Of a DNA stretch of 64,000 nucleotides, positions 46,019 to 55,618 are shown piece by piece; position 1 is the stretch's first letter, and each line of letters opens with the position of its first letter. Both the position numbers and the translations under genes were made by a program. The notes under the pieces were generated by a model. That model was not told the DNA's origin. It made no database searches and worked only from the letters and a program-made list of their open reading frames with translations. Source of the DNA: Marispirochaeta sp. (GTDB lineage: Bacteria; Spirochaetota; Spirochaetia; JC444; Marispirochaetaceae); the NCBI GenBank assembly GCA_963676835.2, contig CAXXFF010000001.1, positions 704,001 through 768,000 on the forward strand. The letters run 5' to 3'.

Positions 46019-46847
46019 CAGCATAACCTACAAAGCTGGACAGTCCACCGCCCCCGGCGGCATCCCTGCTGGTGCGATAGCCGAGAAGCTCTGCCTTTAA
46101 ACATTCTTTCCGTACCTTTTTTGATTCAAGCGCGTAAACTGCAGCTGCTGCTGCGGCTCCTGAAGAACAGGCAGCTTTATCGTCCGTACCATGGGCGATC
46201 ATCCGATGCCAGTCTGCCGCCAGGGCAGAATCAATAAAATTCCTGTCATTGGTCTCACGAACCCAGTGGTATGCCTCCGGTCCTGTACCTTTGGGAGTAA
46301 AGCCGTAATCGTTGCCATAATGGGTCAGGTCCGTTGAGCCTGCTACAACTATTTTAGTTTCAGTTGCCTCTCCGTAATCAGCTATTGCTTTACCGACAAC
46401 TGCAGCGGCAGGACCCGACGGTACACGCAGGGCAGCAACCGGAGTATCACCATGAAAGTACCGGATCATCGGCAATAGGACCTCTGTGGTATTATCAGGA
46501 GCTTCCGATTCCTGAATATCGATCTTTTCGGACAGAAAAGCAGTAAAACCGGTGTCCGCTTTAATAGATCCCAGAGGGGTATCATATAAATCACCGGATA
46601 TACGCAAGACACTGGAGGCTGGTCCAAGATGTCCGCCGAGAAGAATAAACAGATCCGCCTCTTTAAGAGACCCGATGCCAGCAGCGGCAAGTTCACCGCT
46701 GAAGGCCCACCCCGCATGGGGGACAATACAGGAAAGACCTTTCTCTTCAGCGGGCTTATACATAGAAGCATCAATAAACGAAGCGATTTTATCGGGATTA
46801 TCAGGATACCACCCGGCAGGAAGCATCCGGCGGCGAACCGTATTCAT
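46002..46847 (-). CDS. amrB: AmmeMemoRadiSam system protein B (MEMO1 family)
   Basis: PAGWYP, IVPHAGWAFSG, TPLG, STDLTHYG and VGYAA motifs. Confidence 0.85.
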   Translation of the reverse strand: MNTVRRRMLPAGWYPDNPDKIASFIDASMYKPAEEKGLSCIVPHAGWAFSGELAAAGIGSLKEADLFILLGGHLGPASSVLRISGDLYDTPLGSIKADTGFTAFLSEKIDIQESEAPDNTTEVLLPMIRYFHGDTPVAALRVPSGPAAAVVGKAIADYGEATETKIVVAGSTDLTHYGNDYGFTPKGTGPEAYHWVRETNDRNFIDSALAADWHRMIAHGTDDKAACSSGAAAAAAVYALESKKVRKECLKAELLGYRTSRDAAGGGGLSSFVGYAAILYR

Positions 46848-46930
46848 TACTTTATATTCTTACATGCCGCGGAGAAAAAAACCAGAAGAATCTGATTCCT
46901 TTTCTCCGGATTAGCGTATACTATAGACCT

Positions 46931-47935
46931 ATGAAGAAGGTCTTATTACAGACATACGCAGTACTTATGTTTATCCTTCTGGTAGCTGCAGCGGTATATA
47001 CCTTTGCAGATATCTCTCAGCTGATAGCGGACAGGGCTGTCAGCATGGAGCCCTATGCGGCCTATATGTCCTCCGCCATCCTGCGGGGAGAGACCCCTTC
47101 ATGGGATCAGATGCAGCGAACAGTGAGTATCAGCCTGCAGAAAGATGACAAAGAGATCTTTCTCTATAAAAACAGGGGAACCAGCCGTATAGGTGCCGCC
47201 CTCTTTTCCCGTCCCTATATGTTTCCTGTGGATACAAAGCTTAAGGCAGATAACATGGTCGTGACCTATCAGCTTGTACAGCAGGATGAGGTTATAAGCA
47301 GACTGCGTCTGCTGCTGTTTATTGCCACCGGGGTACTGCTTGCAACGGGGCTGATTATTGCCTTCTACCGCAAAGCACCGGCAGTGGTAAAAGTGCCCAT
47401 TGCGCCTGTAAAAACAGAAAAGCAGGTTGGTGAGACAAAAACAACACCTGTGGATTATCAGCCTTCAGCGAATACAAATACCGAGCTGGTACCCGGAAAT
47501 GAGCTGATTCCACGGCTTCAGTCAGAACTCAAACGGGCAGCCACCTTTGATCAGGATCTGGTGCTTGCAGTGCTTCAGGCAGAAGGGGCTCATCCGAATC
47601 AGGCTTTTATCCAGCTTTCTCGGGAAATACGGGCATTTTTCTTTTTTAAAGACCTCTGCTATCAGCATGGAGACAATAAAGCCTACGTGATACTGCCCAA
47701 CAGCGAGCTTGATGAGGGTGTCCGCACCTTAAAGGATTTCCGTAACCGCCTCGATAAAGCGACTCCTCCCCTATCATTCACCGCAGGCTTAAGTGCCCGC
47801 TCGGGAAGGCTCCTCGAAGGAGAAACCCTCATTCGGGAGTCCGAAGCCGCTTTAAGAAAATCTGTTCAGGATGGCGCCAATACAATAACCGGATTCAGGG
47901 CGGACCCGACTAAATTCAGGGCCGTAATGTCCTGA
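46931..47935 (+). CDS. membrane protein with a degenerate GGDEF-like domain
   Basis: Two TM segments; RLQSELKRA...DLCYQHGDNKAYVILP...SFTAGLS...LIRESEAAL. Confidence 0.7.
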   Translation: MKKVLLQTYAVLMFILLVAAAVYTFADISQLIADRAVSMEPYAAYMSSAILRGETPSWDQMQRTVSISLQKDDKEIFLYKNRGTSRIGAALFSRPYMFPVDTKLKADNMVVTYQLVQQDEVISRLRLLLFIATGVLLATGLIIAFYRKAPAVVKVPIAPVKTEKQVGETKTTPVDYQPSANTNTELVPGNELIPRLQSELKRAATFDQDLVLAVLQAEGAHPNQAFIQLSREIRAFFFFKDLCYQHGDNKAYVILPNSELDEGVRTLKDFRNRLDKATPPLSFTAGLSARSGRLLEGETLIRESEAALRKSVQDGANTITGFRADPTKFRAVMS

Positions 47936-47937
47936 TA

Positions 47938-48885
47938 TCAGGCTTCTTCATCCTGATGCGGTATATCGATAATCATTCTGTCTTTGGTTAGAAATGTTTC
48001 GGGGAAAACCAGCCGGGCCTCATCCTTCAGTTTCTTCAGCTCTCTGCCGCCGTAACGGGGACTGAAATGAATCAATCCCATTTTCTTGACCCCCCCGGCA
48101 TCCCTGGCAATGGTCGCCGCCTGAGTGGATGTCATGTGCTTCTTTTCCCGGGCACTCTCTTCCAGTTCCTTCTCAAACATACCTTCACAAATCAGCAGAT
48201 CTGATCCGGTAACTTCCGGAGCAATGCTCTTTTTATAAAGGCTGTCGGTTACATAACTGAACTTCCGGCCCCGTCTGGGCTGCCCCATAACCATGTCGGG
48301 AGAAATGGTTTCTCCATCCTCATTTTTGACATCTCCCCCCTCCTGCAGACGTGCCCAGAGCGGACCGACCGGAACCTTGAGTGCCCGGGCTTTTTCGGGA
48401 AAGAAAACACCTGGACGGATATCTTCTTCGAGGGTATAGCCGTAACACGGTTTGGTATGTTCCAGAGGAAAACTGCGGACGGTAAAATCCTTACCCCTGT
48501 ACAGAGTCTCCGGTCCGGTAAACTCATGGACAATAATTTCATAGTTGATATACATATCCAGGACCTTGCGGTTTGCTTCCACATAGTCCTTTACCTTGGG
48601 TGGACCGTAAATGTATAAAGGCTCATCCCTGTCTACCTGGGAAGAGAGCATAAGAATACCGGGAAGACCGGTAACATGGTCAGCATGGGTATGGGAGATA
48701 AAAATAGCGGAGATTTTCTTCCAGCGCAGGTTAAGACGTCTGAGAGAAACCTGAGTTCCCTCTCCGCAATCGAAAAGAAAGAGATCTCCGTCTTTTCTAA
48801 GTAAAACCGATGTAAGATGTCTGGATGGAAGGGGCATCATCCCGCCGCAGCCCAGTATAAAAGCCTCTAAATTCATAGCAGGCAT
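47938..48885 (-). CDS. rnz: ribonuclease Z
   Basis: FDCGEGTQ, SHTHADH, HMTS.QAA and LIHFSPRY motifs. The start may be 48876 (MNLEAFILG). Confidence 0.95.
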   Translation of the reverse strand: MPAMNLEAFILGCGGMMPLPSRHLTSVLLRKDGDLFLFDCGEGTQVSLRRLNLRWKKISAIFISHTHADHVTGLPGILMLSSQVDRDEPLYIYGPPKVKDYVEANRKVLDMYINYEIIVHEFTGPETLYRGKDFTVRSFPLEHTKPCYGYTLEEDIRPGVFFPEKARALKVPVGPLWARLQEGGDVKNEDGETISPDMVMGQPRRGRKFSYVTDSLYKKSIAPEVTGSDLLICEGMFEKELEESAREKKHMTSTQAATIARDAGGVKKMGLIHFSPRYGGRELKKLKDEARLVFPETFLTKDRMIIDIPHQDEEA

Positions 48886-48935
48886 GAACCTATCATAAAA
48901 GGGCCTTCATGAGAAGATCGACTGCAGTACTGTTT

Positions 48936-49532
48936 TCAGTTTTGCATGGAAAAAGCGCGGGTTCTTGATAAACGGATAAGCTTTTTTACCGGCATATCAC
49001 ATCCTTCGGGAATACGCTGCACAATATGCTTTAGCAGCCTGGAACAAACCTCTGCGTCATCCAGAGCACGATGAAACTGATTGCCCTCAAGGCTGTATTT
49101 TTGAGCAAGGTTCTGCAGGCTGTAACTTTTTTCTCCCTTAAGTTCCGCCCGGGCAAAACTGCAGGTATCAATAGCACGAAAATCAGGTGCCTTTATTCCG
49201 TTGGCATCACAGGCTGCTTTTAGAAAAGAGAGATCAAAATTGACATTGTGGGCCACAATAACAGCATCTTCCATCAATGAGAGAAGCTCCGGCAGAATTG
49301 CGGCTACAGAGGGGGCCTCAGCAACCATCTCATCACGGATTCCGTGTATTGCAATGGAAGATTCCGGTATGCTCCTGCCGGGATTTACAAAGCTCTGAAA
49401 CCGGCGCAGGACGGATCCGCCGGAAACAAGCAGAGCCCCGGCCTCTATGATAGCGTCTGTTCTGGGATAGAGGCCGGTGGTCTCAAAATCAATAAAACAG
49501 AACCGTGCGTTTCGGTAGGTCTCGTCCCCCAT
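48936..49532 (-). CDS. DEDDh 3'-5' exonuclease (DnaQ-like)
   Basis: IDFETTG, IHGI, VAHNVNFD and HRALDDA motifs. Confidence 0.92.
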   Translation of the reverse strand: MGDETYRNARFCFIDFETTGLYPRTDAIIEAGALLVSGGSVLRRFQSFVNPGRSIPESSIAIHGIRDEMVAEAPSVAAILPELLSLMEDAVIVAHNVNFDLSFLKAACDANGIKAPDFRAIDTCSFARAELKGEKSYSLQNLAQKYSLEGNQFHRALDDAEVCSRLLKHIVQRIPEGCDMPVKKLIRLSRTRAFSMQN

Positions 49533-49534
49533 GC

Positions 49535-52039
49535 CTAGTTGGCAACAATAGCATTAGAGGGATTTGAAGACTGGGCTTTAACCCTGAAACCTATCTTACC
49601 GTTCCGTACGGTGACCTGGATAATATTTCCGTTGGAACATTTTCCCTTCAGAATCTCCATGGAAAGCGGATCCTCGATCTCCTTCTGAATAATCCGCCGC
49701 ATGGGCCGGGCGCCGAATTTAACATCATAGCCCATATCAAGCAGCATATCGCGGGCAGTCTTGCTTATCTCCAGGAAGAGATTCATTTCAAGCAGCCGCA
49801 GCCGAACCTCATCGACAAGAATATCAAAAATAGTTGCCACCTGGTTTCTGCTGAGGCTGTGGAAAACAACAATCTCATCCACCCGGTTGATAAACTCAGG
49901 CCTGAAGAACCGTTTCAGCTCAGAGAGCGCTGAGGTTTTAATTTCGTTATACGCAAGCAGACCGTCATCGGCACGGAACCCGAGGCCGGATTCGCGGGTA
50001 ATTTCCCTTGCTCCCGCATTGGAGGTCATAATAACTACGGTATTACGGAAGGAGACTTTGTGCCCGAGATTATCCTGAAGCTCTCCCTCTTCCAGCACCT
50101 GAAGCAGAATATTGAAAACATCCGGGTGGGCTTTTTCTATTTCATCCAGGAGAATAACGCTGTAGGGTCTCCGACGGATCTTTTCAGTAAGAATACCGCC
50201 CTCTTCATAACCGACATATCCGGGAGGAGCTCCAACCAGACGGCTGACATTATGCTTTTCCATAAAATCAGACATATCTATACGGATAAGGGAATTTTCA
50301 TCACCGAAGAGAAATACCGCCAGGGTTTTTGCCAGCAGAGATTTTCCAACACCGGTAGGTCCGAGAAAAATAAACGAGCCAAGAGGTCTTTTCGGAGAAC
50401 TGAGCCCGGTTCTTGACCGACGTATAGCCGATGCTATTACGTTAATCGCATCATCCTGTCCGATAACCGTTTTGTGAAGTTCCTGCTCGATATCAAGGAG
50501 CTTTTCCGATTCACTCTGGGCAAGACGGGAGACGGGGATCCCGGTAATCCTGGCAATTATAGCCTGAATATCATCGGCATCAACCATGTTGCGCTCGGAA
50601 CGAAGGCTGTCCTTCCAGCCTTTCTTCATCTCGTCGACCTGTGTTTTCATCTGGCGTACCGTATCCCGGACTGCTGCAGCCTTTTCGTAATCCTGATTGT
50701 TCACCAGATTTATTTTTTCCTGGGTAAGCTTTTCGATCTCAATCTCAAGATCAGAGAGCTCGCTGGGGCGTACACTGTTGCGGATACGCTTATGGCTTCC
50801 GGCTTCGTCTATTAGGTCTATAGCCTTATCGGGAAGAAAACGCTCGATGATATAGCGATGAGAAAGATTTACTGCCGCCTCTATTGCATCGTCGTTATAG
50901 ATAACATTGTGATGATCTTCATACTGCCGCTTGATGCCTCTAAGAATCTCTACGGTTTCATCAACTGAAGGTTCCTTGACGAATATAGTCTGAAACCGCC
51001 GCTCCAGGGCCGCATCCTTTTCGATATATTTCTTGTACTCGTTAAGGGTGGTTGCACCGATACACTGCAGTTCACCCCGGGAAAGTGCGGGCTTGAGCAT
51101 ATTGGAAGCATCGATAGCGCCTTCGGCACCGCCGGCACCGATAATGGTGTGGAGCTCATCAATAAACAGAACCACATTTCCTGCGCTTAAAATCTCTTTC
51201 ATTACCCGTTTGAGACGGTCTTCAAATTCGCCCCGGTACTTGGTTCCGGCAATAAGAGAGGCCAGATCCAGGGTAACAACCCTCTTGTCCATAAGAACTT
51301 CCGGTGCACTGCCGTCGGTAATCCTCTGGGCAAGTCCTTCAACAATAGCGGTCTTGCCGACACCGGGTTCACCGATAAGAACAGGGTTATTCTTTGTACG
51401 GCGGGCAAGAATCTGAATAACCCGCTCGATCTCATCATCCCGGCCGATCACCGGATCAAGTTTCTTGTCTCTGGCATACTCGGTCAGATCCCGGGAAAAC
51501 TCATCCAGCGTCGGAGTTGCCTTCTTGGGATGGGGCTGAGAACGCTTCTGCTGCCCCTGGGAAGGAGCGCTTTTACGTGACTGGGCCTGCTGGGCAGCAC
51601 TTGCTCCGGCAAGATCCACCACCGAGTTTCTCAGAGCCTCGATACTGATATTGTATTTTCCAAGCGTCCTTGCCACAACACTGCCGGTCTCCCGGGCTGC
51701 AGCAAGCAGGAGGTGTTCTGTTCCGATGTATTCATGTCCGAGGTTGCGTGCCTCTTCGGCACTGTCCTCAAGCATCTTCTTTCCCCTTTTTGACGGCGGA
51801 ACATCACCGAGGATAAACCCGGTATGCCGCTTGGGGATACTCTTTTCAATTTCAAGCTGCAGCTCAACAGGGTCTACCTTCAGCTCCTTGAGAGCCTTAT
51901 AGCCCACCCCCTCGCCGTCCTTGAGCAGAGCAAGAATAATGTGCTCCGGCAGCAGCTTGTCTGAATGGAAGCGTTTTGCCTCTTCCTGGGCGAAAATGGT
52001 CAGCAGACGCTGCGCTCGTTGTGTTAATCCTTTAAACAT
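49535..52039 (-). CDS. clpC: ATP-dependent Clp protease ATP-binding subunit ClpC
   Basis: Double Clp-N domain, [11 protein letters not shown]-like middle domain, [11 protein letters not shown] loop; directly follows mcsA-mcsB. Confidence 0.95.
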   Translation of the reverse strand: MFKGLTQRAQRLLTIFAQEEAKRFHSDKLLPEHIILALLKDGEGVGYKALKELKVDPVELQLEIEKSIPKRHTGFILGDVPPSKRGKKMLEDSAEEARNLGHEYIGTEHLLLAAARETGSVVARTLGKYNISIEALRNSVVDLAGASAAQQAQSRKSAPSQGQQKRSQPHPKKATPTLDEFSRDLTEYARDKKLDPVIGRDDEIERVIQILARRTKNNPVLIGEPGVGKTAIVEGLAQRITDGSAPEVLMDKRVVTLDLASLIAGTKYRGEFEDRLKRVMKEILSAGNVVLFIDELHTIIGAGGAEGAIDASNMLKPALSRGELQCIGATTLNEYKKYIEKDAALERRFQTIFVKEPSVDETVEILRGIKRQYEDHHNVIYNDDAIEAAVNLSHRYIIERFLPDKAIDLIDEAGSHKRIRNSVRPSELSDLEIEIEKLTQEKINLVNNQDYEKAAAVRDTVRQMKTQVDEMKKGWKDSLRSERNMVDADDIQAIIARITGIPVSRLAQSESEKLLDIEQELHKTVIGQDDAINVIASAIRRSRTGLSSPKRPLGSFIFLGPTGVGKSLLAKTLAVFLFGDENSLIRIDMSDFMEKHNVSRLVGAPPGYVGYEEGGILTEKIRRRPYSVILLDEIEKAHPDVFNILLQVLEEGELQDNLGHKVSFRNTVVIMTSNAGAREITRESGLGFRADDGLLAYNEIKTSALSELKRFFRPEFINRVDEIVVFHSLSRNQVATIFDILVDEVRLRLLEMNLFLEISKTARDMLLDMGYDVKFGARPMRRIIQKEIEDPLSMEILKGKCSNGNIIQVTVRNGKIGFRVKAQSSNPSNAIVAN

Positions 52040-53099
52040 CCCATCCTCCTGCCATTCCGGCGTTCAGAGTCTCCCTGATCAGCTTAGCTCGATAAGCATC
52101 GACTGGGATATCCTTGTTCTTTTCGTTCTGCTTAATAAGCATCTGGACATGCGATTTCTGGCTGAGAAAGAGCAGGCCTGTTACCATGGGGATACCTAAA
52201 GGAACCATCTCACACTCTATGCCGAAACGAAGCAGATTCAAGGCGTCTATTGCCTCTTTCGACTCCATAATCCGGCTGTAAAGCAGGGTGCCCAAAGCCC
52301 GGTAAACCTTATCTTCCATGGCAAGCCTGTTCTTTTTCAGAACCTCTTCGCGTGCCGTCCTCTCATAATGTACCAATTGATGTACCACACCATCAAGTTT
52401 TGCCAGCAATTCTTCTTCGCTTTCTCCGATTGCAACGGAATTTGCTATCTGATAGAGGTAGCCAAGGCTGTTTTCATTATCCGAAAAGAAGCCTTTTACG
52501 GAGAATCCAAGCTGTACCACTGCCTTCAGGGCTTTGTCGATCATCCCGGTTTCAACAAGTGCCGGCAGATGTACCATGGATGAAGCCTTGAGGCCGGTAC
52601 CGAGATTGTTAACTTCCGGTGTCAGATAGCCCCATTCCAGAGAAACCGAGTAGTCGAGATACTCCTCTAAGCCGCTGTCGATTTCATCAAGCTCCTTCCA
52701 CAGAGAACTCATATCGGATCCGGGGGCAAAGAGAGCCATCCTCAGGTGATCAATCTCATTCACCATGGCGCTGAAACGGTAGTCACTGCGTACAATCGCC
52801 GCCTTGGCGGTCTGCAGACTGAAATCCTGGGAGATAAGGTTTCGCTCAAGCAGAACCCGGCGTTCCACCGGCTCCAGGTCTCCCATGGGAAGAAACTGAT
52901 ACTGACTTCCCAGGGAGGAAAAAGAACGCCGCACCTGCAGCTGTATAACCTGCTCCTCCTCGGCGTTGACATGGGGAATAAAATGATATCCCGAGATATT
53001 CCGGGCAAGCCTCAGCCTGGATGCGACCACCACGTCATCATCGGGTCCGGAAGCGTTATACCAGCCGGGAGTGTTCTCTGCACTGGAAAACTGAATCAC
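52032..53099 (-). CDS. mcsB: McsB-family ATP:guanido phosphotransferase with substituted catalytic motifs
   Basis: VVASRLRLARN, LLERNLIS, VNEIDHLR, GYLT....NLGTGLKAS.MVHLPAL; located between mcsA and clpC. Confidence 0.85.
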   Translation of the reverse strand: MIQFSSAENTPGWYNASGPDDDVVVASRLRLARNISGYHFIPHVNAEEEQVIQLQVRRSFSSLGSQYQFLPMGDLEPVERRVLLERNLISQDFSLQTAKAAIVRSDYRFSAMVNEIDHLRMALFAPGSDMSSLWKELDEIDSGLEEYLDYSVSLEWGYLTPEVNNLGTGLKASSMVHLPALVETGMIDKALKAVVQLGFSVKGFFSDNENSLGYLYQIANSVAIGESEEELLAKLDGVVHQLVHYERTAREEVLKKNRLAMEDKVYRALGTLLYSRIMESKEAIDALNLLRFGIECEMVPLGIPMVTGLLFLSQKSHVQMLIKQNEKNKDIPVDAYRAKLIRETLNAGMAGGWDV

Positions 53100-53596
53100 T
53101 CATCCGCCTCCTGGGAACCTTCAAGGGAGCTGATACGGTCCCGAAGGGAAGCTGCCGCCTCATAATCCTCGTTATCAACCGCTTCCTGGAGACGCTTTTT
53201 CAGGATCTCCTTATCCACCAGAAGAGCTTTGTAGGCTTTCAGCCTTTTCGGGTATTTCCCGGTATGCTTCACCTTGCCGGCAAAATCCTCGAGGTAGCCT
53301 GCAATCTCCTCTCTGAATGCTGAGTAACATTCCGGACAGCCTACAAGACCGTTTTTACGAAAATCCTTCAGCCGCGTACCGCAGGCAGGACAGGAATCTT
53401 CACTCCTGGGGCGTGGAGACAGGTCCACCAGCCCGTTGAGGAGTTCATTCAGGGACAGTTCGATCTTATCACTGTTTGAAGATATGCCGTTTTTGTGGGC
53501 ACACTTCTCACAGAGGTGTATTTCTTTGTTTTCTTTACCTACAATCTGCTGTATGTGAATAACTGCATCGTTCTTCTTACAGAGTTCGCACTTCAT
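53096..53596 (-). CDS. mcsA: McsA (CxxC motifs + UVR domain)
   Basis: CELC, LCEKCA, CPACG, GCPECY, HTGKYP and EDYEAAASLRDRI motifs. Confidence 0.92.
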   Translation of the reverse strand: MKCELCKKNDAVIHIQQIVGKENKEIHLCEKCAHKNGISSNSDKIELSLNELLNGLVDLSPRPRSEDSCPACGTRLKDFRKNGLVGCPECYSAFREEIAGYLEDFAGKVKHTGKYPKRLKAYKALLVDKEILKKRLQEAVDNEDYEAAASLRDRISSLEGSQEADE

Positions 53597-53653
53597 ACCG
53601 CCCCTCCACTAGTATAGTATAGCAATTCTGTATCTTTTTTCTACAAGAACCGC

Positions 53654-54937
53654 CTACCGTTTCTGTAATATATGCAAAGGACGCAAAACGGCGGCCCGGA
53701 GAGCCGGAATAAGAGCGGAGAGAACTGCAACCCCAAGGGTAAAGCCGACAATACCCAGAACAGCAGAACCATCCAGCTTAACCGGAATGGTATCAAGATA
53801 AAAACTGGAATTAAAAAGGTCAACGTTGCCGACACCGCTGGTAAAAAGAGTGATAATACCGTTGATCAGATTTTCCATAAAAGAAATGATGGAGTTTATA
53901 TTAACCGCAATAAGCGCCCCCGCTGCGATACCCGGAACAACTCCGGCTATTCCGGTTAATAGCCCCGCGGCAAGAAACACAAGGGCAATCTGGCTGCGGC
54001 CCGTTCCTGTTGCTTTGAGAATGGCAATCTGTTCACGGTTTTCGAGCACCAGCATTCCAAGGGTAGCGGATATATTGAGTGTTGCCACCAGCACAATCAG
54101 CGCCATTATCAAAAGAATAAGATTTCTGGAGGTTTCAAAAGAGGCATACATGGGACGCTGCAGCTCCTGCCAGCTCATGAGGTACCACTCGCCATTCAGG
54201 GCAAGGCCGATCTCCCGGCGAAGATTGTCCATATTTTCAAAAGGTTCATCCACCTTGATACCGATGTACCGAATCCCCTGATCCCGCAGGATACTCTCTG
54301 CCCTTGAATATGAAACATAGGCAGTCATGGCATCAAGTTCATAATAGCCGGAAGAGCAGATACCGGTTACGGTAAAAAAGCTGGGGCGGAGAAAAAGAGC
54401 ACCCGAAGAAGAGGTCCGGCTGGAAAGAAGTTTAATACTGTCTCCTATACCCACAGAAAGTTCATCTGCAATTCCCCGGGAAATAACAATACCCTTTTCA
54501 TCGGAGAGGTCGAAACTGCCTTCTTCAAGGATCATATAGGACCGAAACCCGGTATCAGTCTCCCATACATCCGATGGAAGCCCCTTCAGGGTGATCCCCG
54601 CCCTTCCCGAGGAGGAGTAGAGCATTCCCAATCCGCGAATTACCGGAAAGGTACCGGAAACACCGGGAACTGCGGCAATCTTCTCTGCAGCCTCCTGCCA
54701 GTTTACATCTGCACTGTAGCTTCTGGCCTGGAGATGATAGGTGCCGATCTCGAGAAAACGGGCGGTAATCCCCCGGATCAGACCTGAGGAAACAACCATA
54801 ACCAGTACCAGCGGAATAAGGGACAACGAGATACCGAGGACAGTACCCTTCAGATGGCTGGTAATACGCCGTTCCCGGCGAAACACCAGTCGCCATGCCA
54901 GATGAAAAGGAGCAGGATTAAATCCTTTCTTAACCAT
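53654..54937 (-). CDS. LolC/E-family ABC transporter permease
   Basis: FtsX/MacB architecture with SWQEL, IAILKATG and PALRAA; adjacent to a lolD-like ATPase. Confidence 0.88.
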   Translation of the reverse strand: MVKKGFNPAPFHLAWRLVFRRERRITSHLKGTVLGISLSLIPLVLVMVVSSGLIRGITARFLEIGTYHLQARSYSADVNWQEAAEKIAAVPGVSGTFPVIRGLGMLYSSSGRAGITLKGLPSDVWETDTGFRSYMILEEGSFDLSDEKGIVISRGIADELSVGIGDSIKLLSSRTSSSGALFLRPSFFTVTGICSSGYYELDAMTAYVSYSRAESILRDQGIRYIGIKVDEPFENMDNLRREIGLALNGEWYLMSWQELQRPMYASFETSRNLILLIMALIVLVATLNISATLGMLVLENREQIAILKATGTGRSQIALVFLAAGLLTGIAGVVPGIAAGALIAVNINSIISFMENLINGIITLFTSGVGNVDLFNSSFYLDTIPVKLDGSAVLGIVGFTLGVAVLSALIPALRAAVLRPLHILQKR

Positions 54938-54940
54938 GGT

Positions 54941-55618
54941 TTATACTGTCTCCAGCTTTCCCGCATGCAGGCGGTAGGCAGAATCCCCCTCGGGAATGAG
55001 TTGAGGATCATGAGTAACCAGCAGCAGGGTTTTACCAAGGTCGCGGACAAGAGAAAAAAGCAGTTCCTTTACCTTTTCAGTGTTCTTCTCATCAAGATTG
55101 CCTGTTGGTTCATCCGCAAGCAGCAGTTTGGGATCATTAACCAGGGACCTCGCCAGGGCAGCCCGCTGCCGCTCACCACCGGAAAGCTGTGCCGGGGTGT
55201 GATCCAGCCGGTGCTCCATCCCCACCCGGACAAGCAGTTCCTCCGCCTGTTTCAGTGCTTTTTTCCTGGGGAGACCTGTCATGTAGGCCGGAAGCATGAC
55301 ATTCTCAAGGGCGGTAAAGCCGTCCAGAAGGTAATGAAACTGAAATACAAATCCCACCGCCGTGGAGCGGTAGCGGTTGGTTTCACCCTCGTTCATTGAA
55401 TCAACCCGAAGGCCGTCGACACTGACAGTTCCGGAGTCGGGAGAATCCAGCGAACCAATAATATTAAGAAGGGTACTTTTACCGGAACCGCTCTCGCCGG
55501 TAAAGATTGTCACACTGCCCGCAAGCACCGTAAGATCGAGAGCATCAAGAATGGTAAGGACCTCGCCTCCGGACTCAAACTTCTTGGTAATTCCTTCCAG
55601 TTTAATAAGATCCATCAT
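54941..55618 (-). CDS. lolD: LolD-like ABC ATPase
   Basis: GESGSGKST, GFVFQFHYLL, LSGGERQR, ADEPTGNLD and VTHD motifs. Confidence 0.85.
   Translation of the reverse strand: MMDLIKLEGITKKFESGGEVLTILDALDLTVLAGSVTIFTGESGSGKSTLLNIIGSLDSPDSGTVSVDGLRVDSMNEGETNRYRSTAVGFVFQFHYLLDGFTALENVMLPAYMTGLPRKKALKQAEELLVRVGMEHRLDHTPAQLSGGERQRAALARSLVNDPKLLLADEPTGNLDEKNTEKVKELLFSLVRDLGKTLLLVTHDPQLIPEGDSAYRLHAGKLETV

Noticed and set aside
53597..53653. CtsR or CIRCE operator upstream of mcsA
   Set aside because: No GTCAAA direct repeat or TTAGCACTC inverted repeat; only an extended -10-like TGCTATACT is visible.
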